Shown: positions 51,463 to 52,471 of the stretch, one piece after another
How positions within the stretch are numbered: position 1 is the first letter of the stretch
How the letters are laid out: each line of letters begins with the position of its first letter
NCBI GenBank assembly: GCA_045124015.1
Contig: JBGVLA010000108.1
Span: forward strand, 1 to 52,471
Reading direction: 5' to 3'
Length of the DNA: 52,471 bases
Origin: Eubacteriales bacterium
Lineage (GTDB): Bacteria; Bacillota; Clostridia; Oscillospirales; CAG-272
Made by a program: the position numbers and the translations under genes
Notes under the pieces: generated by a model
What the model saw: the letters and a program-made list of their open reading frames with translations, nothing else
The model's database searches: none
What the model was told of the DNA's origin: nothing

Positions 51463-51470
51463 ATATCAAA

Positions 51471-51844
51471 GAACTGACCGCGCCGAACAATCGCGTGATA
51501 TGTTGCCGAAAGGTATTATCATGAGGAAAGTCCGGGCTTCATAGGGCAGGATAACGGATAACATCCGCCGGAGGCGACTCCCGGGAAAGTGCAACAGAAA
51601 TAAACCGCCATACTCCGTATGGTAAGGATGGAAAGGCGAGGTAAGAGCTCACCGACGTTCAGGTAACTGCGCGTGCCATGTAAACCCTATCCGAAGCAAC
51701 ACCCTGCAAAATTCGGTTGGCCCGACCGAGCGAAAGCTCTATGCATGGTGGCAGTATGGGTCTTCTCATACGAGCCGTTTGGTAACAAACGGCAAAGATA
51801 GATGATTGTTCTCGACAGAACCCGGCTTACAGGGCGGTCAGTCC
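51471..51844 (+). ncRNA. rnpB: RNase P RNA (bacterial type A)
   Basis: GAGGAAAGTCCGGGC (CR-I), AGTGCAACAGAAA, GGTAAGAGCTCACC, GTAAACCC, ACAGAACCCGGCTTA (CR-V); P1 ACTGACCGC/GCGGTCAGT. Confidence 0.96.
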
Positions 51845-51855
51845 TAAGATAAAAC

Positions 51856-51885
51856 AAAAAAGAACTGCGATGAGCAGTTCTTTTT
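51856..51885 (+). terminator. Terminator after rnpB
   Basis: AAAAAGAACTGC-gatga-GCAGTTCTTTTT. Confidence 0.8.
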
Positions 51886-51916
51886 CAACTGATGCGATAT
51901 CATAATCTGATTTACG

Positions 51917-51961
51917 CCCTCTCACCCGACTTTCGTCGGGAGCTCTCCCGAAGGGCGAGCC
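51917..51961 (+). repeat. Clostridial REP-like double-hairpin repeat
   Basis: CCCTCTCA-CCCGAC-tttc-GTCGGG-A-GCTCTCCC-gaa-GGGCGAGCC; resembles the CCCTCTCAGTC...GACAGCTCTCCC...GGGAGAGCC repeats I recall from Clostridia. Confidence 0.6.
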
Positions 51962-52072
51962 TCAGGGCTCGTGCAACCTTAGGGGTATGGGCTTTGCCCT
52001 ATGCCTTTGTAATACAAAGGAAAAACTGGCGCGATAAAACAGAACGATAAATAAGAATTTGACGAGGTGACT

Positions 52073-52471
52073 ATGAATATTACTCCTACCGAAAACGAAA
52101 TCAAATATATACGAGAAGAGCTCAATCAATTCAATAATGAGAGAGTCGGCGAGGATGGTCATACACCTCTAAACATCGTGGAATATGACACCAACGGCAA
52201 TATTATTGGTGGTATTCTCGGTGGAACTTATTGGGGGTGGATGTATGTAGATATTCTTTGGGTACACGAAAACCACCGCTATAAAGGCATTGGATCAAAG
52301 CTCTTGCGTGAAGCTGAAAAAGAAGCTGTCCGCAGAGGTTGCCATCACGTTCATCTTGATACAATGAGTTGGCAAGCTCCCGAATTTTATCAAAAGCACG
52401 GGTATGAAGTGATTGGCATTCTTCCCGATATTCCGAATGGCAATCAAAAATATCTGCTTATGAAAGCATTG
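52073..52471 (+). CDS. GNAT-family N-acetyltransferase (runs off the window end)
   Basis: Not in the ORF track; hand translation MNITPTENEIKYIREEL...WGWMYVDILWVHENHRYKGIGSKLL...LDTMSWQAPEFYQKHGY shows the acetyl-CoA-binding motif; GAGG RBS. Confidence 0.9.
   Translation, partial: MNITPTENEIKYIREELNQFNNERVGEDGHTPLNIVEYDTNGNIIGGILGGTYWGWMYVDILWVHENHRYKGIGSKLLREAEKEAVRRGCHHVHLDTMSWQAPEFYQKHGYEVIGILPDIPNGNQKYLLMKAL

Overview
A mostly core-chromosome window from a Clostridia-like Bacillota, probably an uncultured gut or rumen anaerobe (inferred from gene content and sigma-A promoters). It holds nrdD-nrdG under two NrdR boxes, and a divergent PnuC-like transporter behind a guanidine-IV-type riboswitch. 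It also holds a glpK-lipase-DegV(FakB)-DAK2(FakA) lipid-salvage cluster, an ECF sigma/anti-sigma pair, pgk-tpiA, mltG-U32, an uppP-ftsK-tmk-DJ1-5FCL-CPBP run, two convergent BspA-type LRR lipoproteins, an orphan Wzc/Wzb-like pair, a complete F1Fo operon with a Na+-binding c subunit, GH43 and GH27 glycosidases, eight tRNAs, RNase P RNA and a GNAT gene cut by the window end. No integrase, transposase, reverse transcriptase or CRISPR array is visible. The most unusual structure lies just downstream of tRNA-Cys (46655-47611). Duplicated and inverted copies of the tRNA 3' end there host a ~657-bp single-gene cassette bounded by 18-bp inverted repeats and an 8-bp direct repeat starting at the tRNA-like CCA. 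This looks like a non-autonomous, tRNA-anchored gene-capture element. Several REP-like intergenic repeat families are also present. All calls come from reading the sequence and recalled motifs; no searches were run.
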